From Octopus sinensis (taxonomy: Eukaryota): a DNA stretch of 48,429 nucleotides. The number at the start of each line of letters is the position of its first letter. The stretch's first letter is position 1. The notes under the pieces were generated by a model. It saw only the letters and a program-made list of their open reading frames with translations. It did not search any database and was not told the origin of the DNA. This document shows, one piece after another, positions 23,951-36,298 of the stretch. The stretch spans positions 1 through 48,429 of the forward strand of contig NW_021834435.1 of the NCBI RefSeq assembly GCF_006345805.1. The letters are read 5' to 3'. The position numbers and the translations under genes are program-made.

Positions 23951-24618
23951 GGGTGGCGAGCTGGCAGAATCGTTAGCACACCGGGTGAAATGCTTATCGG
24001 TATTTCGTCTGCCGCTACGTTCTGAGTTCAAATTCCGCCGAGGTCGACTTTGCCTTTCATCCTTTCGGAGCCGATAAATTAAGTACCAGTTACGCACTGG
24101 GGTCGATATAATCGACTTAATCCGTTTGTCTGTCCTTGTTTGTCCCCTCTGTGTTTAACCCCTTGTGGGTAGTAAAGAAATAGGTATTTCGTCTGTCGCT
24201 ACGTTCTGAGTTCAAATTCCGCCGAGGTCGACTTTGCCTTTCATCCTTTCGGGGTCGATTAAATAAGTACCAGTTACGCACTGGGGTCGATAAATATTTC
24301 TTTACTACCCACAAGGGGCTAAACACAGAGGGGACAAACAAGGACAGACAAAGCGATTAAGTCGATTCCATCGACCCCAGTGCGTAACTGGTACTTAATT
24401 TATTGACCCCGAAAGGATGAAAGGCAAAGTCAACCTCGGCGGAATTTGAACTCAGAACGTAATGGCAGACGAAATACGGCTACACATTTCGCCCGGAGTG
24501 CTACCGATTCTGCCAGCTCGCCACCTTCAAACTGGGGTCGATATAATCGACTTAATCCCTTTGTCTGTCCTTGTTTGTCCCCTGTGTTTAGCCCCTTGTG
24601 GGTAGTAAAGATATAAGA
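23951..24618 (+). mobile_element. SINE B dimer interrupted by an antisense B copy
   Basis: Junction AAGAAATAG|GTATTTC at 24183/24184; second unit resumes at 24531. Confidence 0.88.
24293..24530 (-). mobile_element. SINE B inserted antisense into SINE B
   Basis: 13-bp TSD ACTGGGGTCGATA at 24280-24292 and 24531-24543. Confidence 0.88.
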
Positions 24619-24668
24619 ATCTATAGTTAGGGATGTGATAAACAACAAACTTCCTATATCTTTTTCAG

Positions 24669-24707
24669 CTACGAAGCCAAAAGCTACGACTGTGGCTGCA
24701 ACTCAAG
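24669..24707 (+). CDS. 39-nt phase 1-1 exon, (A)TKPKATTVAATQ
   Basis: Acceptor CTTCCTATATCTTTTTCAG, donor AG|GTGAGA. Confidence 0.72.
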
Positions 24708-25044
24708 GTGAGAAACACCAAGCGATTGTTATACCATCATTGTTTCCAATTAAAGCAGCATGTGTGTGTCAGAGAGAGAGAGAGAGAGAGTGTGTGTGTA
24801 TATATATATGTATGTGTATAAGTGTGTGTATCGAGTGCTACTGGTAACATGTAACCCAGTAGCACTCGATACACAAAAAAACCCCACATGTAAAGAAAGC
24901 ATTGTGACCAGTGATGTGTAACAACATGTGTGAGTCTATCAGTCACATAACCAGGTGATAATAAATAGGCAAAGGAGTGGCTGTGTGCTAAGTAGCTTGC
25001 TTACCAACCACATAGGTTCATGAATGTATATACATACATATATG

Positions 25045-25592
25045 GTCACTTTCGAGTGCTACTGGTAACATGTAACCCAGTACAACCTGTTGCATGGTCG
25101 GGTCGTCGGCGACTAAACCGGCAACCCCACCAAGCTTGCTTGGTGAGGAGGGTGTTTATTGAACACCTTGCGGGATGAAAAACAAAACCCGTCAAAGGGC
25201 GGAGGAACTCTTGAGAGTCAACGACCATCCAATAAATGTCTTAAGGCTGTATCATGCGCGGGGACATAGAAATAATCGGACTGAATACCCGATCGCGCAG
25301 TTAAACCATTGCTAGTGAAGGACTCCTAGCCTTTGTTAGGGCATCCTTCTAGGAGAAGGTAACTCAGGTAACTGGGATAACTCCGACATAAAACCTGCGG
25401 CTCAGTGGTTACCGATGATGTTGACTTGTTCTTCTTTTCGGATTATGGCTGCTGTTGCTTAGTGAGTGGGATTGACTCAGTGCACAGCCTTTCCTCACTT
25501 TAAAAAAGATCTTCTTGCACAGGCATTGCACGATAACAACATTGGTTAAGCTTCGTGCAATGGCCATACTTGATAACGAGGGGGCAGCCACC
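25045..25592 (+). mobile_element. Family F, ~548-bp non-coding element, possibly a bipartite RTE derivative
   Basis: Same termini as the copy at 29846-30394; no Pol III boxes, TIRs or ORF seen. Confidence 0.75.
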
Positions 25593-25681
25593 ATATATAT
25601 AAAGTAGGTACTGTAAATTTAGGGTGAATATTTGATAAGTGTAAGCACCTGTATATGCCAGATAGTGGCAGAGGTGAGAGA

Positions 25682-25808
25682 ATATATCATATAAAATTAA
25701 AAACAGAACACAAAGGATATCGCTGTACACTGATGTAAGAACAGATTGTTTATAAAGCTTGAAACACGTGTACCGCGATATCCTTTGTGTTCTGTTTTTA
25801 ATTTTATT

Positions 25809-25816
<8 letters not shown>
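25682..25816 (+). mobile_element. Penelope-like relic: 49-bp inverted arms around a degenerate hammerhead
   Basis: CTGATGT (25730) ... AAG/CTT ... GAA-ACACGTGT-A (25761-25772); arms 25682-25730 and 25768-25816. Confidence 0.6.
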
Positions 25817-25840
<24 letters not shown>

Positions 25841-25843
<3 letters not shown>

Positions 25844-26231
25844 TTATTACTTGTTTCAGTCATTTTGACTGCAGCCATGCTGGAGCACTGCCTTTAATCG
25901 AGCAACTCGACCCCAGGACTTATTCTTTGTAAGCCCAGTACTTATTCTATCGGTGTCTTTTGCCGAATCGCTAAGTGACAGGGACATAAACACACCAGCA
26001 TCGGTTGTCAAGCAATGCTAGGGAGACAAACACAGACACACAAACATACCCGCACATACATATATACGACAGGCTTCTTTCAGTTTCCGTCTACCAAATT
26101 CACTCACAAGGCTTTAGTTGGCCCGAGGCTATAGTAGAAGATACTTGCCCAAGGTGCCACGCAGTGGGACTGAACCCTGAACCATGTGGTCAGTAAGCAA
26201 GCTGCTTACCACACAGCCACTCCTACACCTA
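25841..26231 (-). mobile_element. SINE A, full length
   Basis: Head and tail match. Confidence 0.92.
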
Positions 26232-26439
26232 TATATATATATATATTGTATATATATATATATACAAACATTTCGCCTGGCATGCTAACATTTCTGCCAG
26301 CTCTATGTTTGTAATGGTTAGTTAGGCTGTGGGAGCACTAGGAATGTGGTCTGAGTGTCAATAGGTGGCAGCCCATAAAAAGTTTGGGAACCACTAACCC
26401 ATGCCAGCAAGGAAAACAGATGTTGATGATGATAATGAT

Positions 26440-26596
26440 ATAGTGTTGTGTCTTGGGAGGATCATTACACCAATCATAATTACAACACATGCACTGGCTA
26501 AATATCACTCCATTGTTAGTTAGTTGAGGTGTTATTGGCATAGTGGACATCCTGAGACACAAGATTTCTTTCAACACATGAATTCCCATCAGGAAT
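26440..26596 (-). pseudogene. Exon encoding a three-finger (Ly6/uPAR-like) domain C-terminus, frameshifted by a 4-bp duplication
   Basis: Acceptor TTTTGTATTTGGTTTGCAAG; removing one TTAG copy at 26516-26523 gives IPDGNSCVERNLVSQDVHYANNTSTNNGVIFSQCMCCNYDWCNDPPK. Confidence 0.5.
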
Positions 26597-26690
26597 CTTG
26601 CAAACCAAATACAAAAGTGAAGTATTCTAACATGTATAACGAACCCCGTTTTTGTTAAAAATTAGGCTAAAAAAATATGGGAGCTTTTTA

Positions 26691-27070
26691 TAGGCGCAGG
26701 AGTGGCTGTGTGGTTGGTAGCTTGTTTACCAGCCACATGGTTCCGGGTTCAGTCCCACTGCATGGCACCTTGGGCAAGTGTCTTCTACTATAGCCTCGGG
26801 CCGACCAAAGCCTTGTCAGTGGTTTTGGTAGACGGAAACTGAAAGAAGCCCATGTGTGTGTTTGTGTGTCTGTGTTTGTCCCCCTAGCATTGCTTGACAA
26901 CCGATGCTAATGTGTTTATGTCCCCGTTACTTAGCGGTTCGGCAAAGAGACTGATAGAATAAGTACTGGGCTTACAAAGAATAAGTCCTGGGGTCGAGTT
27001 GCTCGATTAAAGGCGGTGCTCCAGCATGGCCGTAGTCAAATGACTGAAACAAGTAAAAGAATAAAAAGAG
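26691..27070 (+). mobile_element. SINE A, full length
   Basis: Head and tail match. Confidence 0.92.
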
Positions 27071-27186
27071 AGTAGGATAGTATTATAATCCCTTAGAAAA
27101 CCTTTTATCCAAATTTTAAGCTCCAAAAATTAAGGTGTTCCTTATACACATTAAAATATGATATATATATATATATGTGTATATAT

Positions 27187-27480
27187 CTTTTATTGTTTAT
27201 CTTTCACTAGTTTTAGTCATTAGATTTGTGGCCATGCTAGAACAATGCCTTGAATAAATTTTAGTGGAATGCATTGACCCCTGTACTTATTCTTTTGTTA
27301 AACCTGGTACTTATTCTATCAGTCTCTTTTGCTGAACCACTAAGTTATGAGGATGTAAACACACCAACACCGGTCATCAAGCAGTGATGGGTGGACAAGC
27401 ACAGACACAAACATGTATATATATACATATATTGCAGGCTTCTTTCAGTTTCCATCTACCAAACCCACTCACAAGTCTTG
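27187..27480 (-). mobile_element. SINE A, old and headless
   Basis: Diverged tail and body. Confidence 0.75.
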
Positions 27481-27508
27481 GATGTTATGGAATTCCTGAA
27501 GTATATCC

Positions 27509-27894
27509 AGGCCTGTTTTGCTTAGTGGTTAGGGTGTTCAGCTCACAACTGTAAGGTCATGAGTTCAATTCTCAGTGTTGAGTTATGTTTTTGAGCAAGA
27601 CACTTTATTTCAGCTTGCAAAAGTGAGTTGTCCCTTTAATTCAAAGGGGCCAGCTTTACCATATTCTGTGTCATGCTGAGTCCTTCTGAGAACTATATTA
27701 GGGATATGAGTGTCTGTGGAGTACTCAGCCACTTTACATATAGGCACAGGAGTGGCTGTGTGGTAAGTAGCTTGTTTACCAACCACATGGTTCCGGGTTC
27801 AGTCCCACTGCATGGCATCTATAGCCTCGGGCCGACCAAAGCCTTGTGAGTGGATTTGGTAGATGGAAACTGAAAGAAGCCCGTCGTATATATG

Positions 27895-27933
<39 letters not shown>

Positions 27934-28195
27934 TTGTGTGTCTGTGTTTGTCCCTCCCAACAACCGATGCTGGTGTGTTTATATCCCCGTTACTTAGTGG
28001 TTCGGCAAAAAGAGACCGATAGAATAAGTACTGGGCTTACAAAAGAATACGTCCCGGGGTCGAGTTGCTCGATTAAAGGTGATGCTCCAGCATGGCCGCA
28101 GTCAAATGACTGAAACAAGTAAAAAGAGAAAGAGACTCTGTTCTGTTGATCGGATCAACTTGATAACTCATCGCTGTAACCAATGTTGTGCCAGT
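27509..28195 (+). mobile_element. Old C-related SINE split by a SINE A at 27741-28133
   Basis: C-like body to 27738; C-like tail resumes at ~28135. Confidence 0.75.
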
Positions 28196-28424
28196 TAAAG
28201 TTTAAAAATGTATGTATATGATGGGCTTCCACACAGTTTCCATTTACCAGATTCACTCACGAGGCAACACTCCCCTCAGCTGCCCCACAGTGGGACTGAA
28301 TCCCAAATTAAGCCCCTACAAACCGAACTCCTTAATGACACAACTGTGCCTGCACCCACAACATAAAATTTGATCCCATTTTCCCTATGATTTCCTCATT
28401 TCTAATTTCACTCTACACTTTCAG

Positions 28425-28526
28425 CAAATAAACCGAAGACAGTAGCAGCTACAACGGCATTAACAACCACTGGGACAGGTACTACAACAACAACAACAAC
28501 AACAACATCAGGGACAGTGGCTACAA
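28425..28526 (+). CDS. 102-nt phase 1-1 exon, (A)NKPKTVAATTALTTTGTGTTTTTTTTTSGTVAT
   Basis: Acceptor TTTCACTCTACACTTTCAG, consensus donor GTAAGT, open in phase 1. Confidence 0.75.
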
Positions 28527-28560
28527 GTAAGTCAACCTTTTTATATCTACATATATATAT

Positions 28561-28970
28561 CTATCTATCTATCTATCTATCCGCTCAGTCGAAGTCGACT
28601 CTCGGTTACTCTATGGATCAGTGTCCTCCAGTCAGTTCTATCCTGGGCCGCTTCTTTCAGATTGGCTATTGTCATTCCGGTTTCACTCTTGATGGTGTCA
28701 AGCCAGCGGGTTCTTGGTCGGCCTCTTCCTCTCTTGCCACTGACCATTCCAAGCATGATGTCCTTCTCCAGGGATTTTCTCCACATAATATGACCGAAAT
28801 ATGCCAATCTATGCTTGGTGATCCTAGCTTCTAGCGACATTTTCGGCCTGATCTGCTTAAGAACTTCTCCATTGGTGAGCCTCGCTGTCCATGGAATCCG
28901 TAAAAGTCTTCTCCAACACCAAAGCTCGAATGCATTAATTCTCTTCTAGTCAGCTTTCTTTAGTGTCCAT
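28561..28970 (-). mobile_element. 5'-truncated RTE (BovB-like) LINE with (GATA)n tail
   Basis: WTLKKAD*KRINAFELWCWRRLLRIPWTAR...RLAYFGHIM...GKRGRGRPRTRWLD. Confidence 0.92.
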
Positions 28971-28984
28971 ATATATATACACAC

Positions 28985-29117
28985 ATCTATCTATCTCTCT
29001 ATCCGCTCAGTCGAAGTCGACTCTCGGTTACTCCATGGATCAGTGTCCTCCAGTCAGTTCTATCCAGGGCCGTTTCTTTCAGATTGGCTATGTCCATTCC
29101 GGTATCATTCTTGATGC
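28985..29117 (-). mobile_element. Second, shorter 3' copy of the same RTE
   Basis: Near-identical to 28570-28700. Confidence 0.88.
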
Positions 29118-29845
29118 ACATATTTCTTTTATATATACATATATTTATTATATATACTCATATTTTTTCATATATACACTTTTTCTATCTCCTTTTATTC
29201 TATGAAGTATGGAAAAGTGTATATATTTCGAGCTTTCCATGACTGTCATTGTATTTTTTGCAGAACACTGATGAGGTGGGGTGCATAATGTTTTTATACC
29301 TGTTATGTAATTATTACAGCATCTTTTTGAAAGACGTGTATGCTTTATAAAGATAGAATACCAAAATATTATTGCATCCACATATATATGATATATATAT
29401 TTACACATACATGTTATATATACATACATACATATATATATTTGTGGAGTTGATTGGTGCTTATCGAAAAGATGAGTCATGCTTATATTTTTCTTTAATA
29501 TTGTTAAATCTTATCGATTATTTATAAAGTATAGTGTAATTATAACATCTTCATCTATGTTGTAAATTTTTTTTATGATATTGAGACCTGAAGAGTGGCT
29601 AGGGATCGTTGGATCAAAGAAATATTAATTTTTGATTATCAATTTTGATATTGTAGATTCGTATACATAGTCACGAAATGCGCGGCATCATTTTAATGTG
29701 TATCTTTTATGATTATATTTAGTATAGAAACTTTTAGCATGATATTAATAATAATACATTAAAATTTATATAATATCTTTCAGTATTAATTGAATTACCT
29801 TATGGAGGTTCTATCTCTTAATTCTAGATATATATATACATATAT

Positions 29846-30394
29846 GGTGGCTGCCCCCTCGTTATCGAGTATGGCCATTGTACGAAGCTTAATCAATGTT
29901 GTTATCATGCAATGCCTGTGCAAGAAGATTTTTTTTTAAAGTGAGGAAAGGCTGTGCACTGAGTCAATCCCACTCACTAAGCAACAGCAGCCATAATCCG
30001 AAAAGAAGAACAAGTCAACATCATCGGTAACCACTGAGCCGCAGGTTTTATTTCGGAGTTATCCCAGTTACCTGAGTTACCTTCTCCTAGAAGGATGCCC
30101 TAACAAAGGCTAGGAGTCCTTCACTAGCAATGGTTTAACTGCGCGATCGGGTATTCAGTCCGATTATTTCTATGTCCCCGCGCATGATACAGCCTTAAGA
30201 CATTTATTGGATGGTCGTTGACTCTCAAGAGTTCCTCCGCCCTTTGACGGGTTTTGTTTTTCATCCCGCAGGGTGTCCAATAAACACCCTCCTCACCAAG
30301 CAAGCTTGGTGTGGTTGCCGGTTTAGTCGCTGACGACCCGACCATGCAACAGGTTGTACTGGGTTACATGTTACCAGTAGCACTCGAAAGTGAC
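29846..30394 (-). mobile_element. Family F copy
   Basis: Reverse complement of 25045-25592 with the same ends. Confidence 0.75.
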
Positions 30395-30504
30395 TTGACA
30401 TTATATATATATATATATGTATATGTATATTTGTAATATATATATATATATATGTATATGTATATGTATGTATGTATATGTATGTATATATATATTTATA
30501 TATA

Positions 30505-30890
30505 TAGGCGCAGGAGTGGCTGTGTGGTAAGTAGCTTGCTAACCAACCACATGGTTCCGGGTTCAACTTGGGCAAGTGTCTTCTACTATAGCCTCGGGCC
30601 GACCAAAGCCTTGTGAGTGGATTTGGTAGACGGAAACTGAAAGAAGCCCGTCGTATATATGTATATATATATGTGTGTGTTTGTGTGTCTGTATTTGTCC
30701 CCCTAGCATTGTTTGACAACCGATGCTGGTGTGTTTATGTCCCCGTTACTTAGCGGTTCGGCAAAAGACACCGATAGAATAAGTACTGGGCTTACAAAGA
30801 ATAAGTCCCGGGGTCGAGTTGCTCGATTAAAGGCGGTGCCCCAGCATGGCCGCAGTCAAATGACTGAAACAAGTAAAAGAGTAAAAGAGT
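30505..30890 (+). mobile_element. SINE A with a short deletion in the head
   Basis: GGGTTCAA joined directly to CTTGGGCAAG. Confidence 0.9.
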
Positions 30891-31371
30891 ATATAGTTAT
30901 TTCATGCTATGCTTAGAGGTGATACACAATACTAGAACCTTTGACTCGAGTTGAATTTAATAAATTTAATAAATGACTCCAAATCATTGTTAGAGTCTGT
31001 GTGTGACTGGAGTCTGGACTGGTTCGTTTGTACTGGCATTGAGTCGCGTAAGTTGTAAAAATGAAATCAAACCAAAATGGTGATATTTTGAACTCATTTA
31101 ATATGTATGTTTCTGCTGCGTGTTTAATAATATATAATAGGAAATGCTTCTATTATGCAAGACCTTCCTCTGTTAAAACATATTGTCTTATATAATGGCG
31201 GTATTTCGTGTTATGTATTCATATTATTTACTCTGAATGAAACGAGAAATAACGAAGGCTTCTCATTTCATTAATTATTCTACATCTGTACAACACTCTT
31301 CTTAGATATATGTGCGTGCATGCGAATGTGTGTGTGTGTGTGTGTGTGTGTGTATGCTTGTATGTATGTAT

Positions 31372-31755
31372 GTGGAGGCGCAATGGCCCAGTGGTTAGAG
31401 CAGCGGACTCGCGGTCATAGGATCGCGGTTTCGATTCCCAGACCGGGCGTTGTGAGTGTTTATTGAGCGAAAACACCTAAAGCTCCACGAGGCTCCGGCA
31501 GGGGATGGTGGTGATCCCTGCTGTACTCTTTCACCACAACTTTCTCTCACTCTTACTTCCTGTTTCTGTTGTACCTGTATTTCAAGGGGCCGACCTTGTC
31601 ACTCTCTGTGTCACGCTGAATATCCCCAAGAACTACGTTAAGTGTACACGTGTCTGTGGAGTACTCAGCCACTTACACGTTAATTTCACGAGCAGGCTGT
31701 TCCGTTGATCGGATCAAGCGGAACCCTCATCGTCGTAACCAACGGAGTGCTTCCA
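31372..31755 (+). mobile_element. SINE C, full length
   Basis: Head and tail match. Confidence 0.92.
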
Positions 31756-31827
31756 TCCATGTATGTATATCTACATCATGTGTATACGGACCCTAGATAG
31801 TACACTGTCATTATTCGCTTTCAGTCA

Positions 31828-32015
31828 AGGCAGCGAGCTGGCAGAAACATTAGCATGCCGGGTGAAATGCGTAGCCGTATTTCGTCTGCCGTTATTTTCT
31901 GAGTTCAAATTCCGCCGAGGTCGACTTTGCTTTTCATCCTTTCGGTGCTGGGGAAGTGATAATTGACTTACCCTGACCCCTCCAAATTACAGGCCTAGTG
32001 CTAAAATTTGAAATC
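31828..32015 (+). mobile_element. SINE B variant
   Basis: B head with the older tail type. Confidence 0.75.
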
Positions 32016-32039
32016 ATTATTGGTGGAACGTAAAAGACA

Positions 32040-32342
32040 CCATTCGAGCATGATTGTAACCTGCGTCGCCTTACTGGCACCTGTGTCGGTGGCATGTGTA
32101 AAAGATTCGATCGAGGTCGTTTCCAGTGCCACCTGACTGGCCCCGTGCCGGTGGATGCGTAAAGCACCCACTACACTCCCCTCGGAGTGGTTGGCATTAG
32201 GAAGGGCCAATCCAGCTGTAGAAACTCTGCCAGATCAAGATTGAAGCTGATGCAGCCATCTGGTTCGCCACCCCTCAGTCATTCGTCCAACCCATGCTAG
32301 CATGGAAGCGGACGTTAAACGATGATGATGATGATGATGATT
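32040..32342 (+). mobile_element. Family D LINE 3' end
   Basis: D motif and (GAT)n tail. Confidence 0.85.
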
Positions 32343-33559
32343 AAGGTGGCGACTTGCCCCTCCCTTCAAAATTGCTGGCCTTGTGCTACAAGTTGAAAGC
32401 AATATGTTGGAATAAATGATAGGATTAAATTAATGGTAGATTTTTCTGGATTTGATCTGACCCGAGCTTACACAACAAAAAGAATAAGTACAACATTAAC
32501 AATAATATTAACAACGACGACAACAACAAGAACAAGAACATTACCTGTGTGGTCTCATATGTATCGTTCAGGTTTTGTCCCATCGAACCGAGCGTGTGTA
32601 CATTATTGCACATGCATCTGCAAAGTGATTTTTCTCTTTTATCGCTGGTTAGCTTACGATAATTTAAGAAAAAAAAATCAAACAAATGTAAGTAAATAAA
32701 TAAATAAAATGATCAACGTAAGATGTGATTATCATTTAATCTGAAGAATAAAGAAGAAGAAGAAGAAAACGCAGAAGAAGAAGAAGAAGAAAATAACGCT
32801 AGCAACAACTACAACCAAAAGCCGAAAAATAAAAATAAAACAACTGTTTCGATTATAAAAACAGAAATGACAACAATACTAACAAGACCACCACCAACAA
32901 AATTGAGAGCCAAACGATTAATAGAAGCTAAAAAGACCGGAAGTTAAAGTTTATCTTACCAATAACCCTCCTTATCGCAGAAACTCCGCATCTACAATTA
33001 CAACAGAAATGGCTTTCCCCAGAATTTTTTCTGGTTTTTCTTTCGTTCTTTTTTTATATATTTCTTACTATATTTTATACAAATTAATCCATTATTTCCT
33101 CTACAGAAACAATTCATACAACATTCTACTTTCACTTTCACTTTGTACATTTCACATTCCCTATCTTTACATATTATTCTCTTGAAATTTCTATCTTTTT
33201 TTTTCTTCTTTTTTTTTTTTTCTTTTTTTTTTTGCCATTGATATTTTTCTTATTTTTCTTTCTCTTCTTTACCTCACTCTTTCACTCTCTTTCTGTCTTC
33301 TGGAAAAATTTTCAATCTTTCTCCATTTCTGTCAATCTCTCTTCCAATTTCTTTGCTTCCTTACCTCCTTTCTTAATTTTCCTGCCACTCTTTCCCTCCT
33401 TCCTTCTTTTTTCTGTTTTTCTTTCTTTCTTTCCATCTCTCTCTCTTTCAATTACTTTCTATATCTTTGCCTTTTCTTTATCTTTTTTTTTTCATTTTCT
33501 CCTTCACATTTCTTATCTCATCTTATTTTGCCATTCTCTTTTTTGTCATTTGAAGATGT

Positions 33560-34540
<981 letters not shown>

Positions 34541-34939
34541 TTATACACACCACACCACACACATGTATACTGATCTGTTTTTAATCCATTTGTTCGTTTT
34601 CCAAATTATCTATTTACCTTTATGTTTAGCTTCAGTTTTTCACTCCATCTTATTACTTATATCATCTCTCTAACGTTCAATTTATCAAAATACCTACCTA
34701 CCTACAGAACTACCAAGTTATCTATGCAAGTGCACATGTACCTACCTACCTACCTACCTAGCTACCTATCTATCTACATGTTTACCCATCTACATGTCTA
34801 TCTACCTTGCTAGATAAATATCTATTAATCTACCCACCTACCTACCTGTTTAACTAATTTAACTCTATTTGCATATCTCTCTGTCTTTCTATTGATTAAT
34901 CTATCTATCATTCTCTTTCTTTCTTTGTGTGTGTATATA

Positions 34940-34974
<35 letters not shown>

Positions 34975-34977
<3 letters not shown>

Positions 34978-35423
34978 TCATCATCATCATCATCATCGTT
35001 TAGCGTCCGCTTTCCATGCTAGCATGGGTTGGACGGTTCTACTGGGGTCTGTGAAGCCAGAAGGCTTCATCAGGCCCAGTCAAATCTGGCAGTGTTTCTA
35101 CGGCTGGATGCCCTTCCTAACGCCAACCACTCCGTGAGTGTAGTGGGTGCTTTTTACGTGCCACCCGCACAAGTGCCAGACAGAGCTGGCAAACGGCCAC
35201 GAACGGATGGTGCTTTTTATGTGCCACCGGCACGAGGGCCAGGCGAGGCTGGCAACGGACACGAAACGGGGCGGTGCTGGCAACGGTCGCAAAACGGAAG
35301 GTTCTCTTACATGCCACCGACACTGGTAACACATCTGCAATTTCCATTCTGATCCTCACTTGCCTCAACGGGTCTTCACAAGTAGAGTTTCGACATGCCA
35401 CTGGCACTGGTAACACAACTGCA
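34975..35423 (-). mobile_element. Family D LINE 3' end with a few internal repeat units
   Basis: (CAT)n followed by the D reverse complement. Confidence 0.85.
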
Positions 35424-35425
35424 AT

Positions 35426-35456
<31 letters not shown>

Positions 35457-35577
35457 ATATATATAAAATACTATATATATATATAAATATATGTAGGTCC
35501 CGGGTTGAGTCGGGGTTAACCACAGTAAATAAGGTACTCAATACATTGCAGAGTAAAGTAATTTATTTTATAGCAGG

Positions 35578-35628
35578 AGCTTCTACAGGACTAGAACTGT
35601 TTCATTCAGATGAAATCTTCAGGAAGCT
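35578..35628 (-). ncRNA. Type I hammerhead ribozyme
   Basis: AGCTTC-CTGAAGA-T-TTC(ATCT)GAA-T-GAA-ACAG(TTCTAGTC)CTGT-A-GAAGCT. Confidence 0.75.
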
Positions 35629-35847
35629 GGCTGTCAAAATAAGTTCTGGTATTTATGCATTTAGGCAGATTTAATGGAGTGGTGGTGGGGGACGTTTTTG
35701 GGTAGGTTGGTATATTTAGATATATATAAAAATATATATATATACATAAATATATAGATATAATATAATATTATATATATTATATTATATATATATATAT
35801 ATAGATATATATATATATACATAAATATATAGATATAAATATATATA

Positions 35848-35882
<35 letters not shown>

Positions 35883-35893
35883 TATATAGAAGG

Positions 35894-35944
35894 AGCTTCT
35901 ACAGGACTAGAACTGTTTCATTCAAGAGAAATCTTCAGGAAGCT
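35894..35944 (-). ncRNA. Type I hammerhead ribozyme
   Basis: Same fold with stem II loop TCTT; 316 nt from the previous copy. Confidence 0.75.
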
Positions 35945-36228
35945 AGTTAACAAGAATTGTATTGGCATTTATACATTTAGGCATTTATAGGGGTGGGGTG
36001 GGGGACTTTTTGGGGGTAGGCATAGCGCAAAAAAATCATACTTGGGGAGTGGTCAAGGAGTCAGTGGTAAATTGGATAGAATAATAAATAAAAGAATAAA
36101 AAGAATAAAGAAATATAAAATTATATAGAAGAATAGAGTTTTAGGTAAATAAGGAAATTCTCAACGCACACACCTATACATACACCACACATATATATAT
36201 ATATATAGGTATATATATATATATATAT

Positions 36229-36298
<70 letters not shown>

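Noticed and set aside
29268-29345. CTGATGA...GAAA pair
   Set aside because: Stems II and III cannot be formed convincingly.
32935-32946. ETS-like CCGGAAGT promoter motif
   Set aside because: A single short motif with no other promoter evidence.
33106-33185. Possible GPI-signal exon NNSYNILLSLSLCTFHIPYLYILFS*
   Set aside because: Pyrimidine-rich low-complexity DNA gives hydrophobic peptides by chance; phase mismatch.
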